This document shows positions 9,585 to 20,192 of a stretch of DNA of 64,000 bases, in pieces. Source of the stretch: an uncultured Gemmataceae bacterium. GTDB lineage: Bacteria > Planctomycetota > Planctomycetia > Gemmatales > Gemmataceae. The stretch is taken from the NCBI GenBank assembly GCA_963750165.1, contig CAVVPN010000003.1, positions 2,720,001 through 2,784,000 of the forward strand. Direction: 5' to 3'. A program made the translations under genes and the position numbers. The notes beneath the pieces were generated by a model. It was not told the DNA's origin, made no database searches, and was given only the letters and a program-made list of their open reading frames with translations. Positions within the stretch are counted from its first letter, which is position 1; every line of letters starts with the position of its first letter.

Positions 9585-10649
9585 ATGAGCATTCTCGACG
9601 GACTGCGCTGGCGCTATCAGAGCTACATTGCGCCGTATCGGGCTCTCTACCGAGGGCCGGGGACCATGGTGCGCCGCTACCTGGCGAACCGCAAGGCGCT
9701 GGCAGCCGAGCGCCCCGTGGCCTTCATCTACGCCGAGCCTTCCAACAGCGGCGACTACGCTTCGTATCTGGGAGTCCGGCATCTGGTAGGACAAGCTGGT
9801 GTGGAATTGTTTGCCGCGTCCCTGGCCCTGAAGGAGACGGTGCGGACACTATCCCGGCCGCCAGGGCCGGGTCGTCGGTGGCAGGCGGTGTTCGTCGGTG
9901 GCGGCGGCCTGTTCCAGAACTGTTTCGACGGCTTCTGGGAGCGGCTGCTGGAACTGGAAGTGCCGCTTGTGGTGTTCGGCGTTGGCGCCAACCAGGCGGG
10001 GAACTTCCGGCAGGTGTTGGCCCCGGAGATGCGCCGGCGACTGGTGGCGAAGGCCGTCGCGGTTCATGTGCGGGACCGCTTCACCCAGCAACTGTTTGCC
10101 GACTACCCAGGAGCATCCGTCACCGTCGGGGTCTGCCCGTCTGTGAATTACCTCCATGAAGCGGGGCGCGACTTGCCGAGAGCGGCCAGCCACCTGCTGC
10201 ACGTGTGCCACCCGGCAGACCTGAGCTTGACGGGGGTCAGTCTGCCGGAGTTGCGCGCGACGCTGCGGTCGCTGAGTGCGCGCCTGGGGTTGGCCTACGA
10301 TGAGACGGACCACCTGGCGGGTCTTGATGGCGGACTGTTGCGGCGGTACGCCCGTGCCGCTCTCGTGGTGTCCAGTCGGTTGCACGGCTGCATTTTTAGT
10401 TACGCCCTGGGCAAACCGTTTCTGGCGATCGAGTGTGACCGGAAAGTCGGCGCCTTCCTGGAGTGCCATGCACAGGACGCCCCTTGCCTGCAGGCCCGCA
10501 CGGCCCTGACCCGGCTCTCGCCGGACCTGCTCGCCGAGGCCGCCCGCCGGCCACCACAGTCGGATCGGCTGGCCCGGATGGCTGACAACGTAACCGTCAT
10601 GCGCGGCATTTGCGAAATGCTCTCTGACACTCCCGTCACCGCGGGATGA
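9585..10649 (+). CDS. Polysaccharide pyruvyltransferase family protein
   Basis: NSGD, VFVGGGGLF, FGVG, VHVRDRFT, VSSRLHGCIFSYALGKP, RKV motifs; RBS GGGGAG. Confidence 0.8.
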   Translation: MSILDGLRWRYQSYIAPYRALYRGPGTMVRRYLANRKALAAERPVAFIYAEPSNSGDYASYLGVRHLVGQAGVELFAASLALKETVRTLSRPPGPGRRWQAVFVGGGGLFQNCFDGFWERLLELEVPLVVFGVGANQAGNFRQVLAPEMRRRLVAKAVAVHVRDRFTQQLFADYPGASVTVGVCPSVNYLHEAGRDLPRAASHLLHVCHPADLSLTGVSLPELRATLRSLSARLGLAYDETDHLAGLDGGLLRRYARAALVVSSRLHGCIFSYALGKPFLAIECDRKVGAFLECHAQDAPCLQARTALTRLSPDLLAEAARRPPQSDRLARMADNVTVMRGICEMLSDTPVTAG

Positions 10650-10667
10650 CCTCTTTGGGGCACTGGA

Positions 10668-11597
10668 ATGAAGACGATTTCTCTCAACAATGCGACGGAA
10701 GCACGGCAGCCACTGCCGCCACCGAAGCGAATCGACCCGCCCACCGAGGCGCCGGACCCGCGCAAACTGGCAGGCTTGTTCCCCCCGTTTTCCAAGGGGC
10801 GGCGTGCGTTGACCGAGCACCGCGCCATCCTGAACCGCTTCAGCCCCGCCGCGCCGCCGTACGTCTCCTGGAACCTGGCCCGGTACACGAAGACCCTCGG
10901 CCTGCTGTCGAACTTCCTCTCCGCGGGCAACCGTTGGCTGGACATCAGTAGCGACCCCTGGTTCTGTCTGCTCGCCAACCAGCGCTTCCCTGGCGTGGAC
11001 CTCACTTCCACCGCGCTGACGACGGAGGAGGTGGACTTCCGTGAAGCTTCGGGCGGCGGTTGCTACCGACACACCCCCGTCGCTCTGGAACTGTCCGAGA
11101 AGACCACCGAGTTCCGGGTCGGCACCGGCTATGACGAGGTGACGGCGTTCGAGGTCATCGAGCACCTGCAGTTTCACCCGACCCCGTTTTTGATGGGGGT
11201 CAGCGATGCCCTGCGGGACGGCGGCAAGCTCATACTGACGACACCGAACGTCGCCTCCTGGAGCGTTATCTATCGGCTTTTCCGCGGCCAGCCGCCGCAC
11301 CAGACCCGGGCGTACGGCGGCCCCATGGATCATCGCAAAGAGTATACTGTCCATGAGATGAAGCTGTTGCTGAACTCTGCGGGCTTTCGCGTCGATTACA
11401 TCAGAACCTTTAACTGCTACACGAACGACCGCCTGGGGGTGTTGGCGAACGCCCTCTACCTGGGGGTACTCGGCTGGCACGCCGCCACCCTGCGGGCCGT
11501 CCCGGTGCGCAATTTGCTATTCCGAAGCGGATCGACGATGCTGATCGCCGCCACCAAGGTGGGCCCCTGTCAGCCGTCCGAAGTCATTGAGGTGTAG
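10668..11597 (+). CDS. Class I SAM-dependent methyltransferase
   Basis: YDEVTAFEVIEHL, LRDGGKLILTTPN, HRKEYT. Confidence 0.8.
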   Translation: MKTISLNNATEARQPLPPPKRIDPPTEAPDPRKLAGLFPPFSKGRRALTEHRAILNRFSPAAPPYVSWNLARYTKTLGLLSNFLSAGNRWLDISSDPWFCLLANQRFPGVDLTSTALTTEEVDFREASGGGCYRHTPVALELSEKTTEFRVGTGYDEVTAFEVIEHLQFHPTPFLMGVSDALRDGGKLILTTPNVASWSVIYRLFRGQPPHQTRAYGGPMDHRKEYTVHEMKLLLNSAGFRVDYIRTFNCYTNDRLGVLANALYLGVLGWHAATLRAVPVRNLLFRSGSTMLIAATKVGPCQPSEVIEV

Positions 11598-11640
11598 TCG
11601 CAAACCGTTCCGGCCCGTGAGCACTGTGGGTAAGGCGTTC

Positions 11641-12540
11641 ATGAAAATCTCCACCATCATCCCGGCTTACAACGCCGCCAAATTCATCCGGCAGAGCGTC
11701 ACGTCTGCCCTCGCGCAGCAGGGCGTCGATCACGAAGTCATCGTGGTCGATGACGGCTCCTTGGACGGGACCTGGGAGGCGTTGGCACCGTTCGGCAGCG
11801 CCATCCGCAAAGTGCGCCAGGCCAACGCCGGCCCGAGCCCGTCGCGCAACCACGGCGCCCGCCTGGCCACGGGCGAGTGGCTGGCCTTCCTGGACGCGGA
11901 CGACGAGTGGCTGCCGAACAAACTCGCCCGGCAGCTGGCGCTGGCGGACGCCCAGACCGGCATGGTGTACACCGACATCCTCAACTTCGGCCATTGCCCG
12001 CACGTGACCGAGCGGTTCTCGGACATCGTCCCGTTGTGGGAGGGGGACATCTTTGAACGCCTGCTGGTCGGGAATTTCGTGCCGACTTCCAGTGTGATGA
12101 TACGCAAGGACTGGTTCGACCGTTTGGGCGGCTTCGATGAGTCCCTGCGGGTCTGTGAGGACTGGGACCTGTGGCTGCGCTACGCGGGCCAGGGGGGTGT
12201 CGTCCGTCTGGTCCGCGAACCGCTGTCGCGGTATCGCTGGCACCAGACCTCGGCGAGCCGCAATCACGAACGCATGTTGAACGGGCGTCTCCAGGTCATC
12301 AAGCGTGCGCTGGCCATGCCGCGGACCCGGAATGTGCCGCGGGGCGTCCTCACCCAGGCGGTGGCCAACGCCTGGATGGCCTCTGCCTGGATGGCCGCCG
12401 AACACGACCAGCGCAAGGCCATTCACTGGTATCTGCGCTCGGTGTCGCTGTGGCCCTGGAACTTCCAAGTGTACAAGGAGATCGTCAAGTGCTGCCTCGA
12501 GCTGATGTGGTCCGGGTCGGTGTCGATGCGCGCTGCCTGA
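11641..12540 (+). CDS. GT2 glycosyltransferase
   Basis: ISTIIPAYN, VVDDGS.DGT, AFLDADD, EDWDLW. Confidence 0.92.
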   Translation: MKISTIIPAYNAAKFIRQSVTSALAQQGVDHEVIVVDDGSLDGTWEALAPFGSAIRKVRQANAGPSPSRNHGARLATGEWLAFLDADDEWLPNKLARQLALADAQTGMVYTDILNFGHCPHVTERFSDIVPLWEGDIFERLLVGNFVPTSSVMIRKDWFDRLGGFDESLRVCEDWDLWLRYAGQGGVVRLVREPLSRYRWHQTSASRNHERMLNGRLQVIKRALAMPRTRNVPRGVLTQAVANAWMASAWMAAEHDQRKAIHWYLRSVSLWPWNFQVYKEIVKCCLELMWSGSVSMRAA

Positions 12541-13658
12541 ACACGCTTCACCTGCGCGGCATGGGCAAGTACATGTGGCAGGTAATCAACCACCTCTCGG
12601 CAACGGGCGAGGTGGACTGGCACCTGTTTTCGGATCGGCCCGACTGGCCTCTGCACGTGCCCGAGGAGGCCCGGGTGCGGCTGGACGTGTTCGAGCAGCG
12701 CGGCGAACGGTTTCGGCTCTGGGAACAGCTGGCGTTGCCCCGGGCGGCGCGGCGGGCGGCCGTGGACGTGCTCCACTGCACCGCCACCACCCTCCCCTGG
12801 TGGCAGCCGGTCCCCACCGTGGTGACCCTGCACGATGTCATCCCCTGGCTGACGGACGACACCGTCTGGTGCTCACGGTTCTTCCGCCGCGTGCTGGCCC
12901 GGGCCTTTTGGAAGTGCGCCGCCATCGTCACCGTCAGCGAGTATTCGCGGCAGGACATCATTCGCCTCTGGCCGGGCCTGGCGGACAAGGTCCACGCGAT
13001 CCTGCACGGCATCGACCGCGGCTACCTGGCGGCCACGCCGGCGCCGTTGCCGGACGCCCTGCAGGTGGCGGGCGTCCGCTCGCCCTACCTGCTCTACCTG
13101 GGCGGCGAGATGGAGCGCAAGCGCCTGCAGTGGGCCACGCAGATCCTGGAGCGGCTGGGAGATCCTGAGCTGCAACTGGTCGTGTGCGGTGTGGACGAGG
13201 CGGCCCAGGAGCGCGTCCGCGGACGGCTGAAGCCGGAGTTACACCGACGGCTGTGCTTCCTCCGCTTCATTTCCGAGGAGGACATGCCACGGCTGTACCA
13301 GAACGCAGCCGCGGTGCTCTATCCGACGCTGTACGAGGGGTTCGGCTTCCCGGTCGTTGAGGCCCAGGCCGTCGGCACGCCCGTGCTACACAGCGCGGTC
13401 AGCAGCCTGACGGAACTGCAAGGGCCGGGCTCGGTGGTGCTGCCCGTGGAGGACCTCGGCGCCTGGGTTGATGCCTGTCGCGCCCTGGTGGCGGAGCGGG
13501 GGCGCACTCCGCAACCGAACGAAACGTCCCGGCAGTGGGCGCGGCGGTTCTCGTGGGAAGCGTCCGCGGAGCGCCACCTGGAAGTGTACCGCCGGGCCGC
13601 CGGCCGCGACGGCCGAAGTTCATGCGGCACAGGGGCTAGAAATTTGGCACCGCATTGA
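12507..13658 (+). CDS. GT4 glycosyltransferase (GTG start overlapping the GT2 3' end)
   Basis: VRVGVDAR, TLHDVIP, TVSEYSRQDI, YPTLYEGFGFPVVEAQAVGTPV, FSWEASA. Confidence 0.9.
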   Translation: MVRVGVDARCLNTLHLRGMGKYMWQVINHLSATGEVDWHLFSDRPDWPLHVPEEARVRLDVFEQRGERFRLWEQLALPRAARRAAVDVLHCTATTLPWWQPVPTVVTLHDVIPWLTDDTVWCSRFFRRVLARAFWKCAAIVTVSEYSRQDIIRLWPGLADKVHAILHGIDRGYLAATPAPLPDALQVAGVRSPYLLYLGGEMERKRLQWATQILERLGDPELQLVVCGVDEAAQERVRGRLKPELHRRLCFLRFISEEDMPRLYQNAAAVLYPTLYEGFGFPVVEAQAVGTPVLHSAVSSLTELQGPGSVVLPVEDLGAWVDACRALVAERGRTPQPNETSRQWARRFSWEASAERHLEVYRRAAGRDGRSSCGTGARNLAPH

Positions 13659-13754
13659 TCACAGAGTAAACTAGAGGGGAACCCTCGGGCACACTGCCCG
13701 ACGCCCTCACTGCCTGCCCTCCCTGCTCGACAGGCTCAATCTTCGAGGAACGTT

Positions 13755-16290
13755 ATGATCCGGTTCAACTGCCCTCACTGCCGCGCCAGCTTTCAGGTTC
13801 GCGAGGATCTGTCGGGGCGCGCGGGAACCTGTGCCAGGTGCGACCGCAAACTGCGCATCCCCCTCGCGCCCGTCCGCCGCTCGCTGCTGTTGCCGGCCCT
13901 GGCTGTGCTGACGCTGGTCGCGGTCGGCGGCCTCACCGCCTGGGTGGTCGCCACCAATCCCTTCGCCGGCTCCCAGGTCGAGGAGGGCGGGCAGCGTGCC
14001 GAATCCCCCGCCAGGCCCGCGGGCGACACCAGTCGGGGCCGGCCCGAGGGGCAGAAGAAGGGCGCCCTGGTGACTGCCGAGGGTGAAAAGAACCGGAAGA
14101 ACATTCCTGCCGAAAAGGAGCTAGCCCCGGCCGTCAACTCGACCCCCAATAAGTCCCCCGAGCGGGTGGTCGAGAAGAAGGAACTGGGAGAGAACACCAG
14201 CCCGGTCGAGGACAAGCCCCCCGTGCAGGTGGCCGAGAAAAAGGATCCGGGCAAGACCATCATCAAGAGCCTGGGAGGCGAGGCACTGTCCGCGGTGAAC
14301 CCGCCCAACGACGCGGGACAGGAAGCCAAAAAACCCGAGGAGCCGAAGAAGGCCCCGGAGCAACCGGGCGCGAAGCAGGCGCCCGCGAAGCAGGCCGCCC
14401 CCACGGTCAAACTGGCGGGCTGGAACGCGGTGGTTCGCTTCAAGATCGGCAACGAGGTGTACGTGGCGGCGCTGCCCAAGGAACTGGTCGCGGCGGCCTG
14501 GCTCGTTGGGCCGCTCGTCTCGGAAGGCCGGGTGGTGGTAGTGCCCGTGGAATCCCAGGACAAGGCCCACCCGTATTTGCGCGTGTTGTTCGACCTCCGC
14601 GCGTACAAGGGCGGCGGCAAGCGGCTGGACGTGACGGTGGAGAACACGCTGAACGTGGATGGGGCCACGGCCGTTACCTACGACGTGGACATCAAGGCGG
14701 GGGGCAAGACGCTCTTTCAGCGCGCCAACGTCAAGCACTACTACCTGGCGCGGTGGCGGAAGGTGTTCGCTCTCGGCTTGACCGAGTCCCTGGTGACGCC
14801 CGACTTTGAGCCCTTTATCCGAGCCAGGGCCATGCCGCGCTACCTGACCCGGGTGGCTGACCAGAACTACTCGACCGCGGGGGCGACCTTTGACCTGCTG
14901 AAACGCGGCGGTCTGGCGTACGACGCGATGGGGGCGCCGGGCGGCCGGCCCGAGTTAGGGCCCTACCCCGACTGGGTGGCCACCTACCAGGTCCACCGCA
15001 AGCCCCACCAACGCGCCTACCTGCTGGTCAACGGCGACCTGGCCGGCTCGCAACCGGTGCATATCCGCGAGGCGGACGGTACGCTCGTGTCGATTGACCG
15101 GCATCCCAAGTTCTGGCTGGACTTTCGCGGCAAGGACAACGGCCCGTTGGCCGACCGACCCAAAGGGGACTTGTCGGGTGCCGCCAGGGGTCCGCTCGGG
15201 CCAGACATGCAGCACCAGCCGTCGCTGGCGTACGTGCCCTATCTGGTGACCGGGGACCGCTTCTACGCCGACGAGATGAAGTTCTGGGCCAACTTCAACC
15301 TGTTGGCCGTCTCACCGTTCTACACGCGCAACGACAGTCAGGGCAGCCTCTTTGGGGATTTCGCCAACGGACCCAACGACTTTAGCCTCACCAACCAATA
15401 TGCCGGCGCCGCGCGGCACCGCCTGGCCGCTGCGCAACATGGTCGATGCGGTCGCTTACCTGCCGGACGACGACCCGGAGCGGACTTACCTGGCCCGGAA
15501 GCTGGAAAACAACCTGACCTGGGCCGACCAGTACGCCGCCAAACATGTCACGCCGCTGGGCACGTGTTTCGAGATGCACTCGGGGGCTCCACACACTAAT
15601 ATCAAGACAGGGGACCCGGTGATCTCCGTGTGGCAGAATAACTACCTGGCGTGGGCGCTCGACCATGCCCAGCAGCAGGGGTTCAAGGGCGGCCAGGCGC
15701 TGCGCGACCGGCTGGCGGACTTCCAGTTGAAGTTGTTCACTGGCGGCAAGGACTACCCGCGGGATTACGCCGCCCCTTACTACCCCCTCGTCGGCACGAT
15801 CGACAAGGCGAACAAGATCACCTTTTTCACCACCATGAAGGAACTGTTCGAGGCCACCAACCGCAAACCGGACGGTACGTTGTGGCCGCCGGTCCCCTTC
15901 AATGATTACGGCCGGGATGCCCGGCTGGCGCTGATGATTAGCATCCAGCAAGGCAAGAAGGAAGCCAAGGTGCCCTACGACTGGTTGATGACCCAGCTGG
16001 CCAGGGGCCGGCTCCAGGACGGCTTCGCCATCGCCCTGGAAACGGCCCCGAAGGCACCCAAGGCGGGCACTCCGCTCGGCAAGTACCTGTTGACCAGGGG
16101 CTGGGCGACCTTCGGGATTGCCCTGCCCCAGGGGGTAGCCAGGGGCGGCCTCAAGGTTGGCAAACTGCCGACCCAGACGGATGTGAAAACCACCTGGCCG
16201 GACGGCTCCATTCGGTTTGCCGTGGTGACCGCGTCAGTCGTCACGGCGGGAGCTTACTCGATTACCCCGGCCAAGCAGCCCGCTCAGTAA
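13755..16290 (+). CDS. Membrane-anchored protein: Zn-ribbon + TM + Lys/Pro/Glu linker + lyase-like domain (circularly permuted paralog of the giant protein C-terminus); -2 frameshift near 15408
   Basis: CPHC...CARC; hydrophobic LLLPALAVLTLVAVGGLTAWVV; ORFs 13755..15599 and 15352..16290 join to NQYAGAPRGTAWPLRN, exactly as in the paralog at ~36410-36455. Confidence 0.8.
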
Positions 16291-16333
16291 GGCGGCTGTA
16301 CGCCGCCCACCGCGTCTGTGTGAAGGAGAGGCC

Positions 16334-17287
16334 ATGGCAGTGGGTCAGCAAACCGAGGGGGAAGCGGTGAGCCGGGGGGCGCTCGTCCGCGTCCCGTGTC
16401 CGCTCTGTGAGGGGTCGGCCACGGGACGCGAGCGCAGCGTCAACGGCTTCACCCTGGAGCGCTGCCTGCACTGCGGGTTCGTCTTCGTCAACCCGCAGTT
16501 GCCCCCCAGCGCGCTGCTGGAGCAGTACGGTCACACCGATGTCGCGGCCCAACTCGCCGTCTGGGCACGCATCAACACCCCCACCATGCTCGCGGATTAC
16601 GACCGCGTGCTGGGGGAACTGGAGGCCGTGCTGCCGGGGCGCGGACGGCTGCTGGACTTCGGCTGCGGGCCGTGCTACTTCCTGGAGCGTGCCGCGGCGC
16701 GCGGCTGGGACGCGCACGGCGTGGAACTCGCCGGCTGGTCGCGCGAGGCGGCTCGGGTCCGCAATGTGACGGAGCGCCTGCACGTGGGCCTGCTCGCCGA
16801 CCAGCAATTCCCCGACGGCCACTTCGATGTGGTGTATTCGAGCCAGGTTCTGGAGCACCTGGCCCGTCCGAAGGCCGACCTGCGAGAGCTGTGGCGCGTG
16901 CTGCGGCCGGGCGGCGTCCTGTACCTCAACGTGCCGAACTACCACCGCCTGCCGGTGATGTTCCACATGGACGATTTTGTGCTCGACATGCCCATGGCGC
17001 ACGTCAATTACTTCACCCCGCGGAGCCTCGGCCGCCTGGCGGAGGAGTGTGGCTTCCGCGTGCTGCGCGTGACCACCTATGGCGGTCTGAAGTGGGAGAA
17101 CCTGCTCGGGCGATCCATCACCAGCGAGGTGGTGGACGCCGTGAACGCCCCCACCCAGGCCCCGCCCCCAACGAGCGTGCGCCGGCGCTCGCTGCCGGCA
17201 CGCCTGCTCGCGCCCCTGGTCAAGACGGTGGCCTACCGCTGGGCCAAACTCGGCCTGACCCTGGAACTGTTCGCCCGACGGCCGTAA
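16334..17287 (+). CDS. Class I SAM methyltransferase with N-terminal CxxC...CxxC
   Basis: CPLC, CLHCG, LLDFGCGPC, QVLEHL, LRPGGVLYLNVPN; RBS AAGGAG. Confidence 0.88.
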   Translation: MAVGQQTEGEAVSRGALVRVPCPLCEGSATGRERSVNGFTLERCLHCGFVFVNPQLPPSALLEQYGHTDVAAQLAVWARINTPTMLADYDRVLGELEAVLPGRGRLLDFGCGPCYFLERAAARGWDAHGVELAGWSREAARVRNVTERLHVGLLADQQFPDGHFDVVYSSQVLEHLARPKADLRELWRVLRPGGVLYLNVPNYHRLPVMFHMDDFVLDMPMAHVNYFTPRSLGRLAEECGFRVLRVTTYGGLKWENLLGRSITSEVVDAVNAPTQAPPPTSVRRRSLPARLLAPLVKTVAYRWAKLGLTLELFARRP

Positions 17288-17351
17288 GGCCGCGCCCGGT
17301 TCGTGCCCGCACGGTGGGAAACTTCAACCCTTGAAACGTCGAGGTAGGTTC

Positions 17352-18281
17352 ATGGCCTGGTTGGCAGAGCGAGTGCTGTATCGGCTCGTCAAGCTGTTTT
17401 ACCACACCGAGATTGCCCACAGCCGCCAGATGAAGGCGGCGGAGTCGGACATGGCCCTGTGCAGCGCGTACCGGCGCGGCGACGTGGTGCGCGTGCTCCG
17501 GGCCGCGCAGGCCTACGGCGTGCCGCTGGAGGGCCGCACCGTCCTCGACCTGGGTTGTAGCGACGGCAGTCTCACCTCTCAGTACGTTCAGTACGGCCCC
17601 GCCGAGGTGATCGGCGTGGACGTGCGCGCCGAGGAGGTCGCCCGCGCCCGGCAGCTGGCCGCGGGGCCGGGACTGCGCTACCTGGTCAGCACGCCGGACA
17701 CCATCCCGCTGCCCGACGAGAGCGTGGACGTGGTCGTCAGCTACGACGTGTTCGAGCACGTAACGCAACCGGCCGTCATCCTCCGCGAGTGCAGCCGGGT
17801 GCTGCGGCCGGGCGGCCGGATGCTGATCGGCACCTGGGGTTGGTATCATCCCTTCGCCCACCACATGTGGGCGACCATGCCGGTGCCCTGGGCCCATGTC
17901 CTGTTCTCGGAGCGGACGGTGATGCGGACCTCCCGCCGTGTCTACCTTTCGCCCTGGTACGAGCCGCGCATGTACGACCTCGACGTGCACGGACACAAGA
18001 TCCCCGACAAGTACACGGCGGACGTGATCCCGGTGGATTACGTGAACAAGTTTTTGATCCGCGACTTTGAAGACGCCTTTAAGTCCACCGGACTGCCGTA
18101 CAAAATCAACCTGGAACCGTTCGGCTCCCGGTATGCGCGGTGGACCCGGCTGTTTCTGCGCTTCCCGTATCTGCGGGAATATTTCGCGTCCTACTTCTGG
18201 GCCACGCTGACGAAGCCGGAGCGGGGACAGGCCGCCGCCCAGGCCCGTCGCCAGCCCGCGGTTGTGTTGCAGGCGAATTGA
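17352..18281 (+). CDS. Class I SAM methyltransferase
   Basis: VLDLGCSDG, DVVVSYDVFEHV, RVLRPGG. Confidence 0.88.
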   Translation: MAWLAERVLYRLVKLFYHTEIAHSRQMKAAESDMALCSAYRRGDVVRVLRAAQAYGVPLEGRTVLDLGCSDGSLTSQYVQYGPAEVIGVDVRAEEVARARQLAAGPGLRYLVSTPDTIPLPDESVDVVVSYDVFEHVTQPAVILRECSRVLRPGGRMLIGTWGWYHPFAHHMWATMPVPWAHVLFSERTVMRTSRRVYLSPWYEPRMYDLDVHGHKIPDKYTADVIPVDYVNKFLIRDFEDAFKSTGLPYKINLEPFGSRYARWTRLFLRFPYLREYFASYFWATLTKPERGQAAAQARRQPAVVLQAN

Positions 18282-18334
18282 GTAGTTGGGCCGTTGTTTC
18301 CCGATCCGTATCTCGAGCCAGCGTGAGGTGCCTA

Positions 18335-19165
18335 GTGACTTCGAGTGCGCAACCCCAGACGGACTCACGACCCCTTGAGGCCAGCCTGAACCCGGGCGCC
18401 GCGGCGCACCTGCCGCGGTCAACCGATCAAGCCGAAGCCCGAGTGCGCGGGCTGCTGGAGCAGGTCTACGGTGTCGCCCGCGACGCAGGCGATGACGCCT
18501 TCGTGCGCGCGGGCATGAGCGTCTCCGAGCTGGTGCGGCTGTACGAACTGGTCAGCGCCAATGGCTGCCGCTCCGCTCTGGAAGTAGGCATGGCCACCGG
18601 CACCAGTTCCCTGGCGATCTGCGCGGCGCTTGGGGACAACGGCGGCGGGCGCCTGGCGTCGATTGACCCGTTCCAGTCGTCGGCCTCCGGCTACGCTTCG
18701 GCAGGGGTCGAGAACCTGCGGAAAGCTGGGTTCGAGGGCGCGCACCGCCTCATCGAGCGGCCCGACTATCTCGCCCTCCCCGAATTGCTCGCTCAGGGGG
18801 AGCGGTTCGATTTCATCCTGATCGATGGCTGGCATTCGTTCGACTTCACCCTCGTGGACCTGTTCTACGCGGATCTGCTGCTGCGGACGGGTGGGGTGCT
18901 GGCGTTTCACGACACCACGGCCCCCCAGGTTTACAAGGCGGTTCGCTTCCTGGAACTGCACAAGCCGTACGAACGCCTGTCCCCGCCGTTGGCGAGGCAT
19001 ACCCCGTCTCTGGTCGGCAAGGTGGCGCGGCGCGTGCGGACCTGGCTGCGAGGCCCGGCTGCCCTGGCCGGGGCGAAGGAACGGCGTGAGAAATGGCGGA
19101 TGTTGGCCGCTTACCGCAAACAGGCCGATTCGCAAGTCGCCGAGGACCACGGGACACGGTTTTAG
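18335..19165 (+). CDS. Methyltransf_24-like O-methyltransferase
   Basis: LEVGMATGTS, SIDPFQ, FDFILIDGWHSFD, GGVLAFHD; GTG start after GAGGTG. Confidence 0.82.
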   Translation: MTSSAQPQTDSRPLEASLNPGAAAHLPRSTDQAEARVRGLLEQVYGVARDAGDDAFVRAGMSVSELVRLYELVSANGCRSALEVGMATGTSSLAICAALGDNGGGRLASIDPFQSSASGYASAGVENLRKAGFEGAHRLIERPDYLALPELLAQGERFDFILIDGWHSFDFTLVDLFYADLLLRTGGVLAFHDTTAPQVYKAVRFLELHKPYERLSPPLARHTPSLVGKVARRVRTWLRGPAALAGAKERREKWRMLAAYRKQADSQVAEDHGTRF

Positions 19166-19214
19166 GCCCCGCGTTCGCGAACACCGCCGGCGGATTGGTG
19201 AAGGAACCGTCGTC

Positions 19215-20177
19215 ATGCTCCACCGACTCAGGAAACACCTGGCGTACAGCTACTTCAAGTATCGCACCGGGGGGATTTGCTCCACCCCGCCGCTGCCCTG
19301 CGACCCCGCCGCCGGCTGCGAAGTCCACACCATGCTCGGGGCGCGCGACCTGCCGATGTACCTGCTGGCGGTCAAGTCGCTGCTGCGCTTCGGGCCGCCG
19401 GTCGGTGTCGTCATCCACTCCGACGGCACCCTGACGAGCCGTGAGGTCAACCTGCTCCGCAATCAACTCCCGGGCGCCCGACTCGTGGACGCCGCCGAGG
19501 CCGACGCCCGCGCCCGCACCGCCCTGGGGGCCGACTCCTTCCTGTGGCGCTGCCGCGGCTTCGATGTCAACTACCGGCGGCTGATCGACACGGAGTTGTG
19601 GTGCAACACCCCCAAGCGGATCATCATGGACTCCGACGTCCTGGTACTGCGGCCGCCGCAAGAGGTCATCGACTGGGTCGAGCGCGGCGACGGCCCTTTC
19701 CTCATCGGCGTTCCGCCGAAGAACGCCGGCCCCACCGAGAAGGACACCGACCTGTCCAAGGTCCACGTCCAGGGCGTCTTCCGCGTCAAGTTGCAGGAGA
19801 TCGCCGCGGGCGTGGGGCTGCCGGCCGAGTTCCTGGACGGCACCACCGCCGGCTTCTACGGCTGCACCAACGAACTGTCGCTCGACCGCGTGGAGCGGCT
19901 CGTCAAAACGTGCCTGGACCTGAAGCTGCCACTGCATCACTGGGGCAGCGATCAGTGCATGGTCATCTACCTGCTCTCGGTCACCCGGGCGGTCCGGCTC
20001 AACCCGGAGTTGTATCTCAACTTCTGGCCGGAGGATCTGCCGCGCGTCGCCGGCGCCCACGTCGTCCACTTCCTGGGCACCAACCGGTTTTACAAGCATG
20101 TGTATACCAGCGAGGCGGTGAAAGTCGTCCGGGCGCTCCAGGCCGGGCAGGCGGTCCCGGCCCGGAATCCAGCGTGA
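19215..20177 (+). CDS. Putative GT-A fold glycosyltransferase
   Basis: IHSDGTL, IIMDSDVL (DxD), SDQC, VVHFLG; context within the glycan operon. Confidence 0.55.
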   Translation: MLHRLRKHLAYSYFKYRTGGICSTPPLPCDPAAGCEVHTMLGARDLPMYLLAVKSLLRFGPPVGVVIHSDGTLTSREVNLLRNQLPGARLVDAAEADARARTALGADSFLWRCRGFDVNYRRLIDTELWCNTPKRIIMDSDVLVLRPPQEVIDWVERGDGPFLIGVPPKNAGPTEKDTDLSKVHVQGVFRVKLQEIAAGVGLPAEFLDGTTAGFYGCTNELSLDRVERLVKTCLDLKLPLHHWGSDQCMVIYLLSVTRAVRLNPELYLNFWPEDLPRVAGAHVVHFLGTNRFYKHVYTSEAVKVVRALQAGQAVPARNPA

Positions 20178-20192
20178 CCGAGCGAGAGGCGC

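Noticed and set aside
13645..13659. sigma54 promoter before the membrane-anchored lyase-like gene (TGGCACCGCATTGAT)
   Set aside because: The -12 element is GA and one base short of GG-N10-GC spacing; it also overlaps the GT4 coding end
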